A stretch of DNA of 63,124 nt, counting the filler, from Octopus bimaculoides (lineage: Eukaryota), in NCBI RefSeq assembly GCF_001194135.2. It is 6 parts of 6 records of this genome, joined end to end, with 100 filler letters (N's around TTAATTAATTAA, not from the genome) between each part and the next. Parts side by side here need not be neighbours in the genome. Positions count along the whole stretch, not along the records: positions 1 to 17,506 come from NC_068984.1; 5 more parts are not named here. The stretch is one strand, 5' to 3'. Each line of letters opens with the position of its first letter. Position 1 is the stretch's first letter. A model generated the notes under the pieces. That model did no database searches and was not told where the DNA came from. It worked only from the letters and a program-made list of their open reading frames with translations. This document shows positions 1-14,623 of the stretch, one piece after another. The translations under genes were made by a program, and so were the position numbers.

Positions 1-775
1 AGACGTGTACGTATACACACATTATAGTGAACATACATACTTAAACAGGAACACAAGATACATACAGTCTCATATTGTTTAAGGATTTTGCTTGATAAAT
101 ATTTGTGCATATTCAATATTTGGCGATAATAACTTCTATATATCATTATATTGTGCACTGCATTTCTGACCCACATGCATGCAAACGCATTGTATATACA
201 CTTATATCTACGCATGCATCTAAATAAGCCTGAATTTATAACAAACTCATAAATATACATACCTACATCCATACATACATATATACATACACAGACACAA
301 ACATATCTCGGAAAAATGAATAAACTCAGAATACAATTTATATATTTTGTTCCCTATGCACGTTTTATAAAATATAAACGGTATCATTATATAACAAAAG
401 GTATAGGAAATGGTATACATTGCATCTTGTGTTTATCATTAATTTTTCCTATGTTTAACCTCTATAACATAACAGGCAATACAACTAGATGAAATAGCAT
501 CAACACTTTACTAGTGCTCTAAATACACCTGTAGTAGTCGAAATTCTTACTATACACACAGGAACGGCTACATATAACGTACAATATGATATATATGCCT
601 ATTCGTACACCCCATCACACATATCTATACTGAAATAATATATCAACAATATTTTTATATACCGTGCAATATAGTATATTATAAATATTGTAATATATAT
701 TATGGAAATTATATATAAATATAAATATTTTGTTTTATTTGTGGCATACATGTTATATATTGCATCGTATATGTG

Positions 776-826
<51 letters not shown>

Positions 827-2874
827 TATATANNNNNNNNNNNNNNNNNNNNNNNNNNNNNNNNNNNNNNNNNNNNNNNNNNNNNNNNNNNNNNNNNNNN
901 NNNNNNNNNNNNNNNNNNNNNNNNNNNNNNNNNNNNNNNNNNNNNNNNNNNNNNNNNNNNNNNNNNNNNNNNNNNNNNNNNNNNNNNNNNNNNNNNNNNN
1001 NNNNNNNNNNNNNNNNNNNNNNNNNNNNNNNNNNNNNNNNNNNNNNNNNNNNNNNNNNNNNNNNNNNNNNNNNNNNNNNNNNNNNNNNNNNNNNNNNNNN
1101 NNNNNNNNNNNNNNNNNNNNNNNNNNNNNNNNNNNNNNNNNNNNNNNNNNNNNNNNNNNNNNNNNNNNNNNNNNNNNNNNNNNNNNNNNNNNNNNNNNNN
1201 NNNNNNNNNNNNNNNNNNNNNNNNNNNNNNNNNNNNNNNNNNNNNNNNNNNNNNNNNNNNNNNNNNNNNNNNNNNNNNNNNNNNNNNNNNNNNNNNNNNN
1301 NNNNNNNNNNNNNNNNNNNNNNNNNNNNNNNNNNNNNNNNNNNNNNNNNNNNNNNNNNNNNNNNNNNNNNNNNNNNNNNNNNNNNNNNNNNNNNNNNNNN
1401 NNNNNNNNNNNNNNNNNNNNNNNNNNNNNNNNNNNNNNNNNNNNNNNNNNNNNNNNNNNNNNNNNNNNNNNNNNNNNNNNNNNNNNNNNNNNNNNNNNNN
1501 NNNNNNNNNNNNNNNNNNNNNNNNNNNNNNNNNNNNNNNNNNNNNNNNNNNNNNNNNNNNNNNNNNNNNNNNNNNNNNNNNNNNNNNNNNNNNNATTAAA
1601 TTTGGGCCAACGACTTTACATACAACATCACCCCTCAAACATTTAATCATATATAAAAATCACCATGGTTTTCAAACACATAAAACATAATACATAGACA
1701 TAAAATCACAGAAGGTAAAAATATAATCGAATAATATACAAATAGAACGGCCTATCAAAAAGTTAAATATACACGACTAAAAATTCATAAACTACCAAAA
1801 AACCTAATGGACAAATATAAAATAGATAAATATAAAAATAAAATAAAATAAAATAAATGTCCACCGACTAAAAAATGTGTATATATATATATATAAGTTT
1901 ATGCACATACACACAGGCACACACACAGACACACAAACACGTACCCCCCCCACCACAAAGTTACATATTTTATATTAAATATTTTAGATATACAGAAATG
2001 CACTATAGCCATATCTATCCAGCACTCTATGTCCCCTGTCTCTTTCTCTCTCTCCATCTGTGTGTGTGTGCGTATATATATATATATATAAATATATATA
2101 ATATATACATAATGTATAATATGTACAACATTTCGTTATATATCAAGTTATATATAAAAACACGTTNNNNNNNNNNCTATGCTTGTTCTACCATCCTTTC
2201 TCTCGGTCCGTTCGTCTGTCTGTCTCTCACTCACTCTCTCTCTCTCTGTATGTTTGTGTGCGTGTGTGTGTGCGTGCGTGCGTGCGTGCGTGTTTGTATT
2301 AGTGTGTGAGAAGATGCTAGTGACAGCGCAGAGTCCAGTGACTCTAAGGTAGTGATCGGCCAGGTCGATTTCTTAAACTGGGAAATCTTAGTCTTGGTAA
2401 AGTACTCCAGAATCATAAGAGTTTGCTTGAAGTAAAACACAGTTGAAGTAGAAGTGAAAGACGAAAGATAGCTAAACAACTATATAAGTGTGAGTAATAC
2501 TTTCATTTGAAATGTTACATATATCTACAGCAGGTCAATATCTTTACAGCTGTTTCAAATATTCAGTGAACACTATTATAATCCATATAATACAAACAAG
2601 TGTGAATTATCAGGCAATATTACTCAAAACCATATAACCAAACATGTTGTCAATACACATGAATACTGATACATGTGGACATTCATACGCTAAGCACAGA
2701 CCTTTTTGCAGAAAGATGACTGTCAAATGTTTATCAACCGTCAGCGAATCACCGAATATATGAAATATCCTGTAAATATTTGTTAGGATTAATTTAAATG
2801 CATTCCTTACATCCATAACCTTTTGCCTATTTTCCTCATATATATATGCATGTGTGTGTGTGTGTGTGTGTGTA

Positions 2875-2918
<44 letters not shown>

Positions 2919-3052
2919 TTGTGTATGTGTGTTTGTGTGTGTGTATTTATATATATATGTGTGTATATATATCTGTATATATTTATGTATATATATGTGT
3001 ATGTATCTATGTGTGAGTGTATACACACACACACACACACACACACACATAA

Positions 3053-3086
<34 letters not shown>

Positions 3087-5469
3087 ACACGCACACACAC
3101 ACACTCATGCACACGTACATCTATACGCATATGTAATGTTTCTGTATTTTAATCGGCAGATTAAAAATATTTTAAGAAGGGATTAAAAACGGCAATAAGT
3201 AAATGCTCATGTATTGAGTTCTAGGTATTGTCTGTATTCAAGCAAACTCATATGCATGTGTGTACGCGTGTATTAGTGTGAGTGTATGTATGTGCATCTG
3301 TGTCTACCCGTTTACTTTCGTTAATACATATTTTGTAAATAGGCTATTTATGTTATTTCCCCAGCTTTCAGATTATTTTACGTTCTTGTTTAACTGATCT
3401 TGTTGAGTAAATTTGTGGTTAGTATTAATTATTTATTGTTCAATGCAAATCATCTTACGATATGCAGCATCGAGTTGTGTTTTAAGTCTAGTTACATTTA
3501 AGTATTCTATGTACTTGCTTGTCTTCATTGTCATCTATAGACTCAAGTTTCAGTATTGTTGCATCTCATTGTTTCAAATGTTGACGAGGTCAACTTTACC
3601 ATTCATCCTTCAGAGTCAATAGAAGAAAGTAATAGTCAAGAGCTGGGTTGGGCGCCAGTGTTATTGACTATCGCTCTCCCGTCAAATTATTAGCCTTGTG
3701 CCTAAATCAGAAATCAGTGTTACTGAATTTAAGTGAAATATAAAGCTTTCTGTGGACTTAGATAAGTGATTTTGGAGGATTTAAGCTAATAAATATCCAT
3801 CATGCAAAGCTGAAATTGTTTATAATATTTAAATATTTTTCACCAAAGGAGTTCATTCAAACAGGTGAATGAAACCGACTTCCGTTTTGGAGTAGAATCA
3901 TTCTAACATATAGTTATGTCCAATCTCTGACCGACAGTCAGTAGTCAGTATTCAGTAGTGGGGAGAAAGGTCTTCATACTTCAATTTCTAATTCAGAATG
4001 ATGTCTGACTTTCTATCTTTAACGAAACATTGTTCTTATATTATTTACATGTTATGTCATTTTCCTTTGCCTACTTTTTTATGTAGTAGATTAGTTATCT
4101 TACTTATTTGTGTGTGTGCATGCTCGCGTGTGTGTGTGGTTTGAAGTAATTATATATTGTTTAATTTAAGGCACAGAGTGAATGTTCTAAGGAGGATAAA
4201 GTTTAGTTTTCCATATTGTGTTTATAAATAGTGATTTCTTCAACTCCGCCTTTAGCAAAAAAAAAGATAAAAGGAAGTGAGCTATTTTGATGGAAAGAGA
4301 CGGAATGGGACAACAACATGACATGTGAATGATATAAAATACAAACATCGTATATCATATTGTTGAGAATAAGTAAACCAAAATCATAACTTTGTGACTG
4401 TATATAATTGTTTATGTTGATTTATACTTTTGAATATATTACCAAGTGGAAGCAATTATTTGAATATGCCTCGAAAATTCATAGATACTTCTAAAATGCA
4501 TTACATCCGTATATATTTTTGCGTTTTACTGTAATATCCAAAATATATTCGCATGCACCAGCATGACCGCAGCCACTTGGCTGAAACACATAAATAAATA
4601 AATAAATAAATAAATATATAGTCTAAAACATATAGTCTATATTATGTGAATATTCTCAGAAAAACATAGGTTTTTAAAATTTCTTTATTCTGAATATGGA
4701 GCTATATAGCTGACATTCTGAGTGTTATTCTTTAACCTTGAAGTAAATTCTCAGTAGACTGGTTAAAGACTCTCCAAATATGACCTCTCCACATGTTAAT
4801 CATGTTTTCAGAAATCCCATTATATAATGATTCCTTCCACTGTTAAAAATAGTATCGTGTTGCTTGAGTTAATTTTCGCTGCTATTTCTAGCAGATAAAG
4901 TCATAGAGTAAAATCACTCTCATTAGTTTGTAATCACAATGTAATTTATCCCAGGTACTATAGATATTATATTTTACATTTATCTTATAATGCTTTTCAG
5001 AAAAGCATGAACGACACAGAATCATATTTCTTTGCCTATATGTATTCTATTTCACATGCATCTCATAATGAACGGTACAGAATCATATTACCCTTTGTCT
5101 ATAAATCTATGCTGTCGTGTTTAAATTGTAAGAAAACAATATTTATTAGTATATTTTTTCTCCCAACAAGTATATTAAACATTAATAATTTCACTCTGCA
5201 TGATCTGTTGAGTCAATATTTGTGTGTTCTTTAAGCTTTCGAGGAAAAACTGTGAGAAAAGACATGGTAAATACAACAATAATAAGAACGGTCATAAATC
5301 TACTAGCAAAGAACACTAAATATAACAGTTGTAACAGTAGTGCCAATTATACTGAGGAGCAGAATGTGTTATTGGTAATACAATAACAGTAAAGAAAATA
5401 GAAGAATATCAACAACTAATACAACAACAACAGAAAATACAAGAACACCAGCAGCAAATACAAGAATGC

Positions 5470-5700
5470 CACAGGAGTAAGCCTCTACATGGTTGCTTGA
5501 CTTGCTAGAAATAGCAACCAAATTTCCCTAAAACCACATTCTATTCTGTTACAAAAGGACACAACGGAGATGTGGATTTAGATACGCTGTGTCTGAAGTG
5601 CAAAAATGATGGGATGGTGACGTCTTGAATACCGCTTGATCACATGTCTGTTTGATCAGAACTAACGTGGGGTTAAACAACAACAACAAAAACAACAGCA
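5470..5700 (+). repeat. Interspersed repeat family C ending in (CAA)n (others at about 6640-6810, 6985-7110, 27780-27945, 29560-29900, 33430-33570, 57075-57790)
   Basis: Shared CTAGAAATAGCAACCAAAT and TTGATCA...TGGGGTTAAACAACAAC segments. Confidence 0.7.
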
Positions 5701-6182
5701 AAAACAACAACAATTACAAAACAGCAACAACAACAACAACAACAACAACGACGACAACAATAACAACTACAATTGGATAAGAAATATGGAGAAATAAAAA
5801 CAACAATATGACTCAAACATAAGAGCCACTCCAAACAATAACAAAACAAACAGGAGACAGATTGCGATTAAAACAACAATGGTAGATACAATAAACCTAA
5901 CAAAGAGAGAAAACAACAGCAACGACTATTGCTGCTGCTGCTACTTCTACTAATGCTGCTGCTGCTGCTGCTGCTGCTGCTACTACCACTACCACTACTA
6001 CTACTGTGACGATGACGGCGACGCAGTAGCGGTAACAATAACAAAACATACACTGATACAATAACAAAAAGAATTAAACGATAATGGCGATTACAGTAAC
6101 TCCAATAAAATATCTCCTTGGCACTGAATTAAGAATAGCTGCGTCCCTTACGTACGCATATATGTATGTGTATGTATTTATC

Positions 6183-6255
<73 letters not shown>

Positions 6256-6264
6256 ATATATATA

Positions 6265-6415
6265 TACTTCCGACGAACGGGAACGTGAAACTCTGAGTAA
6301 CAGTTTTTGTGATATTTTTGCTGCTTTTTAATAAAGCATATTACTCTACCTCTGGTATTCGAGTACTATTTTTCCACCTTGTTTCGCATTTATGTGATTA
6401 CACTGGTGTCTATAT
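6265..6415 (+). repeat. Repeat family with CCGACGA...GAAACTCTGAGTA motif (also 17180-17250 reverse and 17360-17465 forward)
   Basis: 6300-6415 aligns directly with 17370-17465. The 5' part recurs inverted at 17180-17250. Confidence 0.8.
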
Positions 6416-6514
6416 ATNNNNNNNNNNNNNNNNNNNNNNNNNNNNNNNNNNNNNNNNNNNNNNNNNNNNNNNNNNNNNNNNNNNNNNNNNNNNNNNNNNN
6501 NNNNNNNNNNNNNN

Positions 6515-6570
<56 letters not shown>

Positions 6571-6881
6571 AACTGCATAAAGTTAATACGTGTTGTTGCT
6601 TATTTCACTGCTCCGTCAGCTAGAATTAACAACCAAATAACCGTCTTATCTCAACCTTCGTTCTTAAAGAAGAGGGAGGATATACCAGATAATGTAGCCT
6701 TAGATGCACTATGTATGGAAAAGAGGACCGGATATCGTGGTTGGAACACTTTGATAATAAATCAGCTGCACCAGAATAGACTTGGGGTTAAAACAACTAT
6801 AACATATACTGCGATAACAACAGCAAATACAACAATAACAACAATGAATCAAGTGGGGAACCAATACGTGGTTGTACAATT

Positions 6882-6988
6882 CACTGGTTAAATCTCAGTG
6901 GTCAAAATCTTCAGTGGTCAAAATCTTCAGTGGTCAAAATTTTCAGTGGTCAAAATCTTCAGTGGTCAAAATCTTCAGTGGTCAAATC
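6882..6988. repeat. 16-bp tandem minisatellite (CAGTGGTCAAAATCTT)x~6
   Basis: Five full units from 6896, one partial unit after them and one degenerate unit before them. Confidence 0.95.
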
Positions 6989-9518
6989 TCTCTCAAATTC
7001 CAACCTGGTGTCTTTAAAAATAAACAACACAATGGATAATATAGTCCAGTCTTTGATCATATGTTCTTTAGACCCAAACTGTACTGGGGTTAAGCAACAA
7101 CCGAATTAACAACAACAAGTATGATTGTAGCAATTATAAATAGTGTCAATGACAACAACAATAATAACACTATCCTAAAAATACTCTAATACTCTAATGT
7201 AACAAAATCAGTTGTTTTTTTAGCATCCTTAGCGAATACAATAGCTATAAGATTGATATAACATCGTCGACATTAAATAACACCAAATCATAACACCAAA
7301 TGCAAGCATTAGCAGTAAATATATAGCAGGAGCAACTTCAATAAAAATAATCACTACAGTAAGAAATTACAGTATCAGTTCTGACTGTGTGTCCCCACGA
7401 AGCACCAGATGGGTAGTAAATTTAATTATGTGAAAGGGGAGATGATGGAAAATTGCACAAACAACAGACACAAGAAAATACGGATAATAGAATAAATTCC
7501 CACTTTAAGGCATAAACTATTGTATCTTTCATACGTGAAAACACTGATGCCATCCCAAACAACTAACATACATCGAATAAACGATGGAGCCTTCGCACGG
7601 TCGCACAACCTGCAAGATATATCAGCCACGTCGAAAAGGATACGTTGTTCACTGAAGGCAACGGTATACAAAAATACGTCATAGTACTCAAATATCTTCG
7701 TACAGAGGTCTCCGTGATCAAGAATAACCTGGTCGAACGAATCAATTTCAAGAACGACTGTATACTTCTATTGAAGTATATCAAGAACGACTATATAGTT
7801 ATATCATACAATTATACTGAAGTACATCACCTACAACGCACTATCCCTTACTATAATTCTACTATACCAAATCATATTATATTGAATATCCCTACACTAC
7901 GTTGTATTACATAGGACCTACCCAATGGATAAAACATTCAAACATCATCATGTGTCTGTGAAGGCTAAGTTAATTAACTTAGCCTTCACTAGGCATTTTT
8001 ATTGATTCCATTCTCCTTCGAATACAAGACTCTTGCAATTAATTACCTCCCCTGTTTTTTTCTTTCTTTCTAAATCGTCCTGTTATTTTATGCTGGATTA
8101 CATGGCTAATCGACAGAATTATTTACGAGGTGTAGGATATATATACTATTTATATGTATGGCTATCTAGAAAATCTAATCGGCTGTAGTTTACTTCTGAA
8201 GTGTAACTAGTATGATTAAGCACATGATACATCACAAACATACTCAGTCGTTACCAAATCATTCACTTACACACACACACATCCACCCACGCCAATCGGT
8301 GCAGAACTACTATGGCCATTCGTGTAATATGTCACATATGTAGAAAATATAATCCATTACTGTCGCTTGTGGATATAACAACTCAATTATGCCAGCTAAG
8401 CCTTGTGTGACAGGCTGGGAAATGGCATACCGTACCTTATTAAATTGAAAACTAGTTATAAAATGACTTCTGCCATATATAATAGCTTTTACTATCTGCC
8501 GTGTATCCAGTATAAAGAAAGCTCTTAAGTAAATTTAAGGAAATAAAGATATCAACATATATGGGATTCAGTAACGTCTCATACAATCAAAGAAAAATTC
8601 GGAGTATATTTTTAATGTATAATGAACTTAAAAATGTGCTTTATTATTCGGTTTATCTTCCTGATAATCCTACTGGGAAATTTCTCTAATTGTAGTTATG
8701 AGTAATGATATAATCAACTTTATCCAAGATGCTCATTCTTAATATAGTTAAATCTGGGAAACTTTCCATATGTTGAGAAGGTAATAAGTCGATTGACTTT
8801 GAAATATTGTTCAACTGTTCCTGGAACTTTGAATAAAATTATCAGTGAATTGACTATGCACTACTTATGGCGGTATTAATTTTTTGACAATACTGTAAGA
8901 GATTTTAGTACAAAGCCTTTCTTTGTCTGTTGTGCAGTTATGAACAGCTCACTGTTAACATTTATTGACAACTGTGTGAACAGGAGCTGCAAGGCTTAAG
9001 TTTCTATATTAGTGATACAGTTGAACGGTGTTATATTGTGCGAAATATGGAATTCGCCTGATTGTCTGCAATACTACTAACTCGATTAGATGCACCTCAA
9101 CTGGTATAGAGTTGTCTCATTCATGAAATTCCTCAAATTCTACATTTAAAAATTCTGAATATTCATTATTTTCCTGCTTCTGTAAGTTTTCAGCAGCAGG
9201 TAATGTGTTCAGGTCTCGAATGAGAAACTTAACTTTACATCTCTACTCATAAATATTTATCTTCAAACAATGCTTGAATCTATACTGTAAAATACGTGTA
9301 GATATAATGCTCTCACAGTCGTTAACCTGTGTTCTATATATAGCCCTTTGGGGGAAGGGGGATAAATTCATCGAAAAAGAGAAGAGAAGCTTGTTACTGT
9401 ACAAGAAGAAAGTTCATAGACTATGGAAGGTAATATTTAAGACTTCTTTTAAATCCCAATTTAATATTATATACTATGCGGTGAATTGGTAGAAGTGGTA
9501 GAAAGACGGACAAAATAC

Positions 9519-9648
9519 CTTATGGTATTTAGTTACATCCCTTCACACTCCGTCTTCAAATTCCACGGAATTTTTAATTCTCCCGGTTTCGACTAAATAA
9601 GTAACTGTTAATAAGTAATTGATTCCAAGTTCTTCGGCTGTTTCTTCC
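9519..9648 (-). other. Candidate 130-nt exon (no frame open end to end)
   Basis: Acceptor catattttcag| and donor AAG|gtattt. Confidence 0.3.
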
Positions 9649-10397
9649 CTGAAAATATGTGGCTTTATGTCTATGCTATATGCACAAATTTCTAAGTTAT
9701 TGTGTTGAAAACAAGTCGAGTACAGAATATACCTTTCAACCAATTGTATTGCTGATAGTTAATCATTGATTATAATAGTGCACATTGTTAATTAACTTAG
9801 CCTTCACTAGACATAAATGTCTAAGTATAATGCATAAGTTATGTGCATAAATAAACAAAAGTAACTAATATATTCTCTACAGAGACCATCATCCTATTTA
9901 ATGTTAATAAATACATGCCTAGTGCTTTAAGCGAAAAAATGTACTTGTTCTTACAACTTCTAAGCACTCTATCAAATATAAGCTTTTATTATTTTTTGTG
10001 TGTGTCATAGTTATATTTAGATATATTTCTACTTATATAATCGGTCAGCTAAGTACAGTTTACAGTAAACGAAAATTGTAGTCAGATTGCTAACGATAAA
10101 AATATTTGGAATATGGTTACTGTAAGCTGTAATTATTATCACTTGGAAAAGATAACTTATATTGTATTACAAAAATAACCATATAACCATAGGCACTAAA
10201 AAAGCCTCCGAACCATGCTACACTGGGTAGATAATCCTGAACTTTAGTCAGTTATGAAATACAAAAATAACATGATTTTATGGTTTATATGAGAGCCATT
10301 ATGCCAAAGGGAAAAAAAGGCATTGAGCCACAAGATATGACAGAGTGTCCAGTATTTGAACAATAAAGGATGATTGAACATATTTTATGTAACTCAC

Positions 10398-10529
10398 AAG
10401 ACAAATTCTTAATTTATCTAAATCATCTCCACTTCCAGAGTAGATAGTTCATTGGCTTGGTGGCAGTTGGTATCAACTCCAGATAACAACGGGAGATAAT
10501 CTACAGAATTTTCCACAATTGGTAACCCA
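10398..10529 (-). other. Candidate 132-nt exon (stops in all frames)
   Basis: Acceptor tttttttttatttag| and donor CTT|gtgagt. Confidence 0.3.
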
Positions 10530-11682
10530 CTAAATAAAAAAAAAAAATGTCCGGACACAAGATGACAGCTGTGGATACGTGTTTCTGCCTCACTAGGTGT
10601 TGAATGCATATGTATATACTTATATATATTCATATCTATATACAACAACTCTGAGACAACATGAAATAGATACTGGAGAAAATATTTTTAGCATGTTTCT
10701 ATGGCTAAGATGTTCGTTTAGTAAGCATGTGGGTCAGTTTCATTCCAGTAATGCAATACCTCAAGCAAATGTCTTCTACAATAACCTCACATTATCAGTA
10801 TCTTGCAAGTGCAATATAGAGCACGTAAATGAGAGAAGTCTATGATACATTTATATGTGCCAGTATCACGACATAAACAACAGACGTTCATGTCTGTTGT
10901 TTATGTTGTGTCTTTTATAATCCATCATATACCAGTCCAACTTAAAGGACACAATAATATGTGTGTGTGTGTGGGGGGGGTCTGAGTGGAAATAGGCTAT
11001 ACACGCAATATATATATGCATATGTATATTTGTATATATGTGTATATATGATGCATATACACACACATGCATATATATACATATATATATATATACATAA
11101 ACAAGATGTATATGTGTATACATATATGTGTGTCTATGAATACATTTCTGTGGCTAAAAGTATAAAGGTGTTTTTAATACCATACAAAGTTTGTTGAAAC
11201 CATCTCCGCTCTCATAGAAATGAAGGTGGAACAATTGCCTGGGGGGAATTAGGACCAACCCCAAGTGAGAAGCAGAGACCATTTCACGAATCAAGTATTC
11301 AACAAAATTAACGTACTATTAAAGAAAAGATGGTCTATATGTCTGGCAGCAAAAACCACTTGTAACACGTATTTCTGCATCCTTAGGCATCGTCAGCACG
11401 GCAGCTCTCATACCATGTCTCCAGCAGACAAAAATGGGTAGAACAGACATATATATGGCTAAAGTAATCTGCTTAATATAAACGAAAATAGCGTAAGAGA
11501 AATAACCCATAGTGGCGAGTGGCATATATTTAGTTAAACAATAGAAACGAATGAGTGTCTATCAAATACTTTACAATCTAAATTACAAGATAACTTTATA
11601 TTGTTCCAGAAGACCCTATCTAGTTTGGTAACCAATATATTTTTACGACTATGTTGATCAAATGTATGCCACCGTCACTTTA

Positions 11683-11760
<78 letters not shown>

Positions 11761-12212
11761 AATTACTTAGGTCTCTGCATTGTTTCGTTTTAATCCTTTA
11801 CTTCATAACAGAACATTATCTATAAATTTTTTAATCAATGTGTATTTGTATATGTATATATGCGTGTCCGCTTGCATGTGTGTGCTTGTATATATATTTA
11901 TTTGTGAGTTTATATGTATATGCATGTACACACACACTCTCTCTCTCTCTTTCTCTCTCTCTCTTTCTCTCTCTCTCTTTCTCTCTCTCTCTTTCTCTCT
12001 CTCTCTTTCTCTCTCTNNNNNNNNNNNNNNNNNNNNNNNNNNNNNNNNNNNNNNNNNNNNNNNNNNNNNNNNNNNNNNNNNNNNNNNNNNNNNNNNNNNN
12101 NNNNNNNNNNNNNNNNNNNNNNNNNNNNNNNNNNNNNNNNNNNNNNNNNNNNNNNNNNNNNNNNNNNNNNNNNNNNNNNNNNNNNNNNNNNNNNNNNNNN
12201 NNNNNNNNNNNN

Positions 12213-12261
<49 letters not shown>

Positions 12262-12555
12262 ACACTGGTTCAAGCAGATACAAACATACAGATACGCACA
12301 CGTATGGTACTGGATATACTCGTGCAAACCAGACAGAGATTGAATGTACGTTAGTTAATTTTATTCATTTATTCATTTATTGGAAACTGACTCTTTTTCT
12401 TGGGTACTCTGAGTTTCAAGTTTCTAACCGTAATGTCGGTAGAGACGTACAGACAATACACTCTATGCCCACTATCACACACACTCACACACATACACAA
12501 ATACTCACACATTTATATGTGCATGTATGTGTGTGTGTGTCTTTCTCTGTGTGTT

Positions 12556-12608
<53 letters not shown>

Positions 12609-12659
12609 TATATTATATATATATGTGTGCGCGTGTGTGGATGATTGTATGTCTATGTG

Positions 12660-12696
<37 letters not shown>

Positions 12697-13153
12697 ACAG
12701 ACAGATACACACACACACATCATATATATGTGTGTGTGCGTGTGCATGTGTGGGTGCAAGTAAGTGTGTGGTATATAGTGTATATAGTGTATATATACAT
12801 ATGCTCTGAATAGATTAGAAAAATAATATATATCAACTTAACATATCACTATCAAGTATTTAAGTAAAGATTAATCCTCAGATACTGCTGAACGATCTGA
12901 TACTCTATTCTCTGGTAAACTGAGATCAAAAGGTTTTATCACGCAACAGAGACTGTGAAATCAAAACGCCGTTAGAAATTAAAATAAGGTTAAACTTATT
13001 AAATTTAGATATAGTCTTACTTAAGCAATGTCTCGATATGTGTTTGCAGTATTTCATTTCTTTTTTGTTTCTTGTATGTTTTTTGTTTTTAATTTTCTTT
13101 TCTTATTAATAATTTCTAGTCCCAGTTTTCATGCTAGTTTTCTTCTCATGCTC

Positions 13154-13195
<42 letters not shown>

Positions 13196-13763
13196 NNNNN
13201 NNNNNNNNNNNNNNNNNNNNNNNNNNNNNNNNNNNNNNNNNNNNNNNNNNNNNNNNNNNNNNNNNNNNNNNNNNNNNNNNNNNNNNNNNNNNNNNNNNNN
13301 NNNNNNNNNNNNNNNNNNNNNNNNNNNNNNNNNNNNNNNNNNNNNNNNNNNNNNNNNNNNNNNNNNNNNNNNNNNNNNNNNNNNNNNNNNNNNNNNNNNN
13401 NNNNNNNNNNNNNNNNNNNNNNNNNNNNNNNNNNNNNNNNNNNNNNNNNNNNNNNNNNNNNNNNNNNNNNNNNNNNNNNNNNNNNNNNNNNNNNNNNNNN
13501 NNNNNNNNNNNNNNNNNNNNNNNNNNNNNNNNNNNNNNNNNNNNNNNNNNNNNNNNNNNNNNNNNNNNNNNNNNNNNNNNNNNNNNNNNNNNNNNNNNNN
13601 NNNNNNNNNNNNNNNNNNNNNNNNNNNNNNNNNNNNNNNNNNNNNNNNNNNNNNNNNNNNNNNNNNNNNNNNNNNNNNNNNNNNNNNNNNNNNNNNNNNN
13701 NNNNNNNNNNNNNNNNNNNNNNNNNNNNNNNNNNNNNNNNNNNNNNNNNNNNNNNNNNNNNNN

Positions 13764-13812
<49 letters not shown>

Positions 13813-14583
13813 GTATGTGTGTGTTTGTGTGTGTGTGTATGTGTGTATGTGCATGTGTGTGTGTGTGTATGTGTGGTGTGTACGTGTGTGTGTGGTGTGT
13901 TTGTGTGTACTTAATGTATTTTTGTTTAACTCGAAATTAAACCATTTTTGCAAATAGGCACAAAAATATATAAAGCATACAACCCTTTTCTGAATAATAA
14001 TTTACAATACATATAATACTCGATGTTGGTGTCACATTAAGTCACGCAAAGGGAAATAACTAAAATATTATTGAACATTTATCGCTTGGTTATCATAGAC
14101 TACCATTTTTATGGCGAATGACATTGGGAATATAGCTTTCCTGTCGTAAGTAATTTGAGGAAGTGTTACGTCTGCAATTATTTGACAGTCAAACAGAAAA
14201 TTGTTGCTGATATCATATATTTATTAGAAATATATAGATGAGAAATTAATTAAATTTAATTAAAATTTAATTCAATGAAGATATTTACAAAATTAGTACA
14301 GCTTCATTAATTTGTAGAAGTACAAAGAAATCTGAAATAAAAATTAAATCAATAGTTATTCTGCTGAAGTATAACTATCTCATGTTAAACACAGTGAAAA
14401 GAGATATATGAGTATATTAGCAATATCACCTGATATATGACAGGTAAACTCATGTATATAAATCGTTAATAAATATGTCTAGCTATTTGCTTCTCTTTGC
14501 ATTTGTAGACGTCTTATTCTCACGTTCATGAGGTATACACACATACAGATAAACACACACACGAGAGCACGTACACACACACG

Positions 14584-14623
<40 letters not shown>

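Noticed and set aside
2300-2480. Coding-looking segment EDASDSAESSDSK and minus ORF 2231-2479
   Set aside because: No adequate acceptor, all plus frames close quickly, and no family is recognised.
6882-6988. CRISPR-like array
   Set aside because: Units are contiguous with no spacers, the context is eukaryotic, and there are no cas genes.
7500-7914. LRR-like phrase (INDGAFARSHNLQDI) and ORF 7645-7914
   Set aside because: No repeating LxxLxLxxN pattern, flanked by stops, no recognisable domain.
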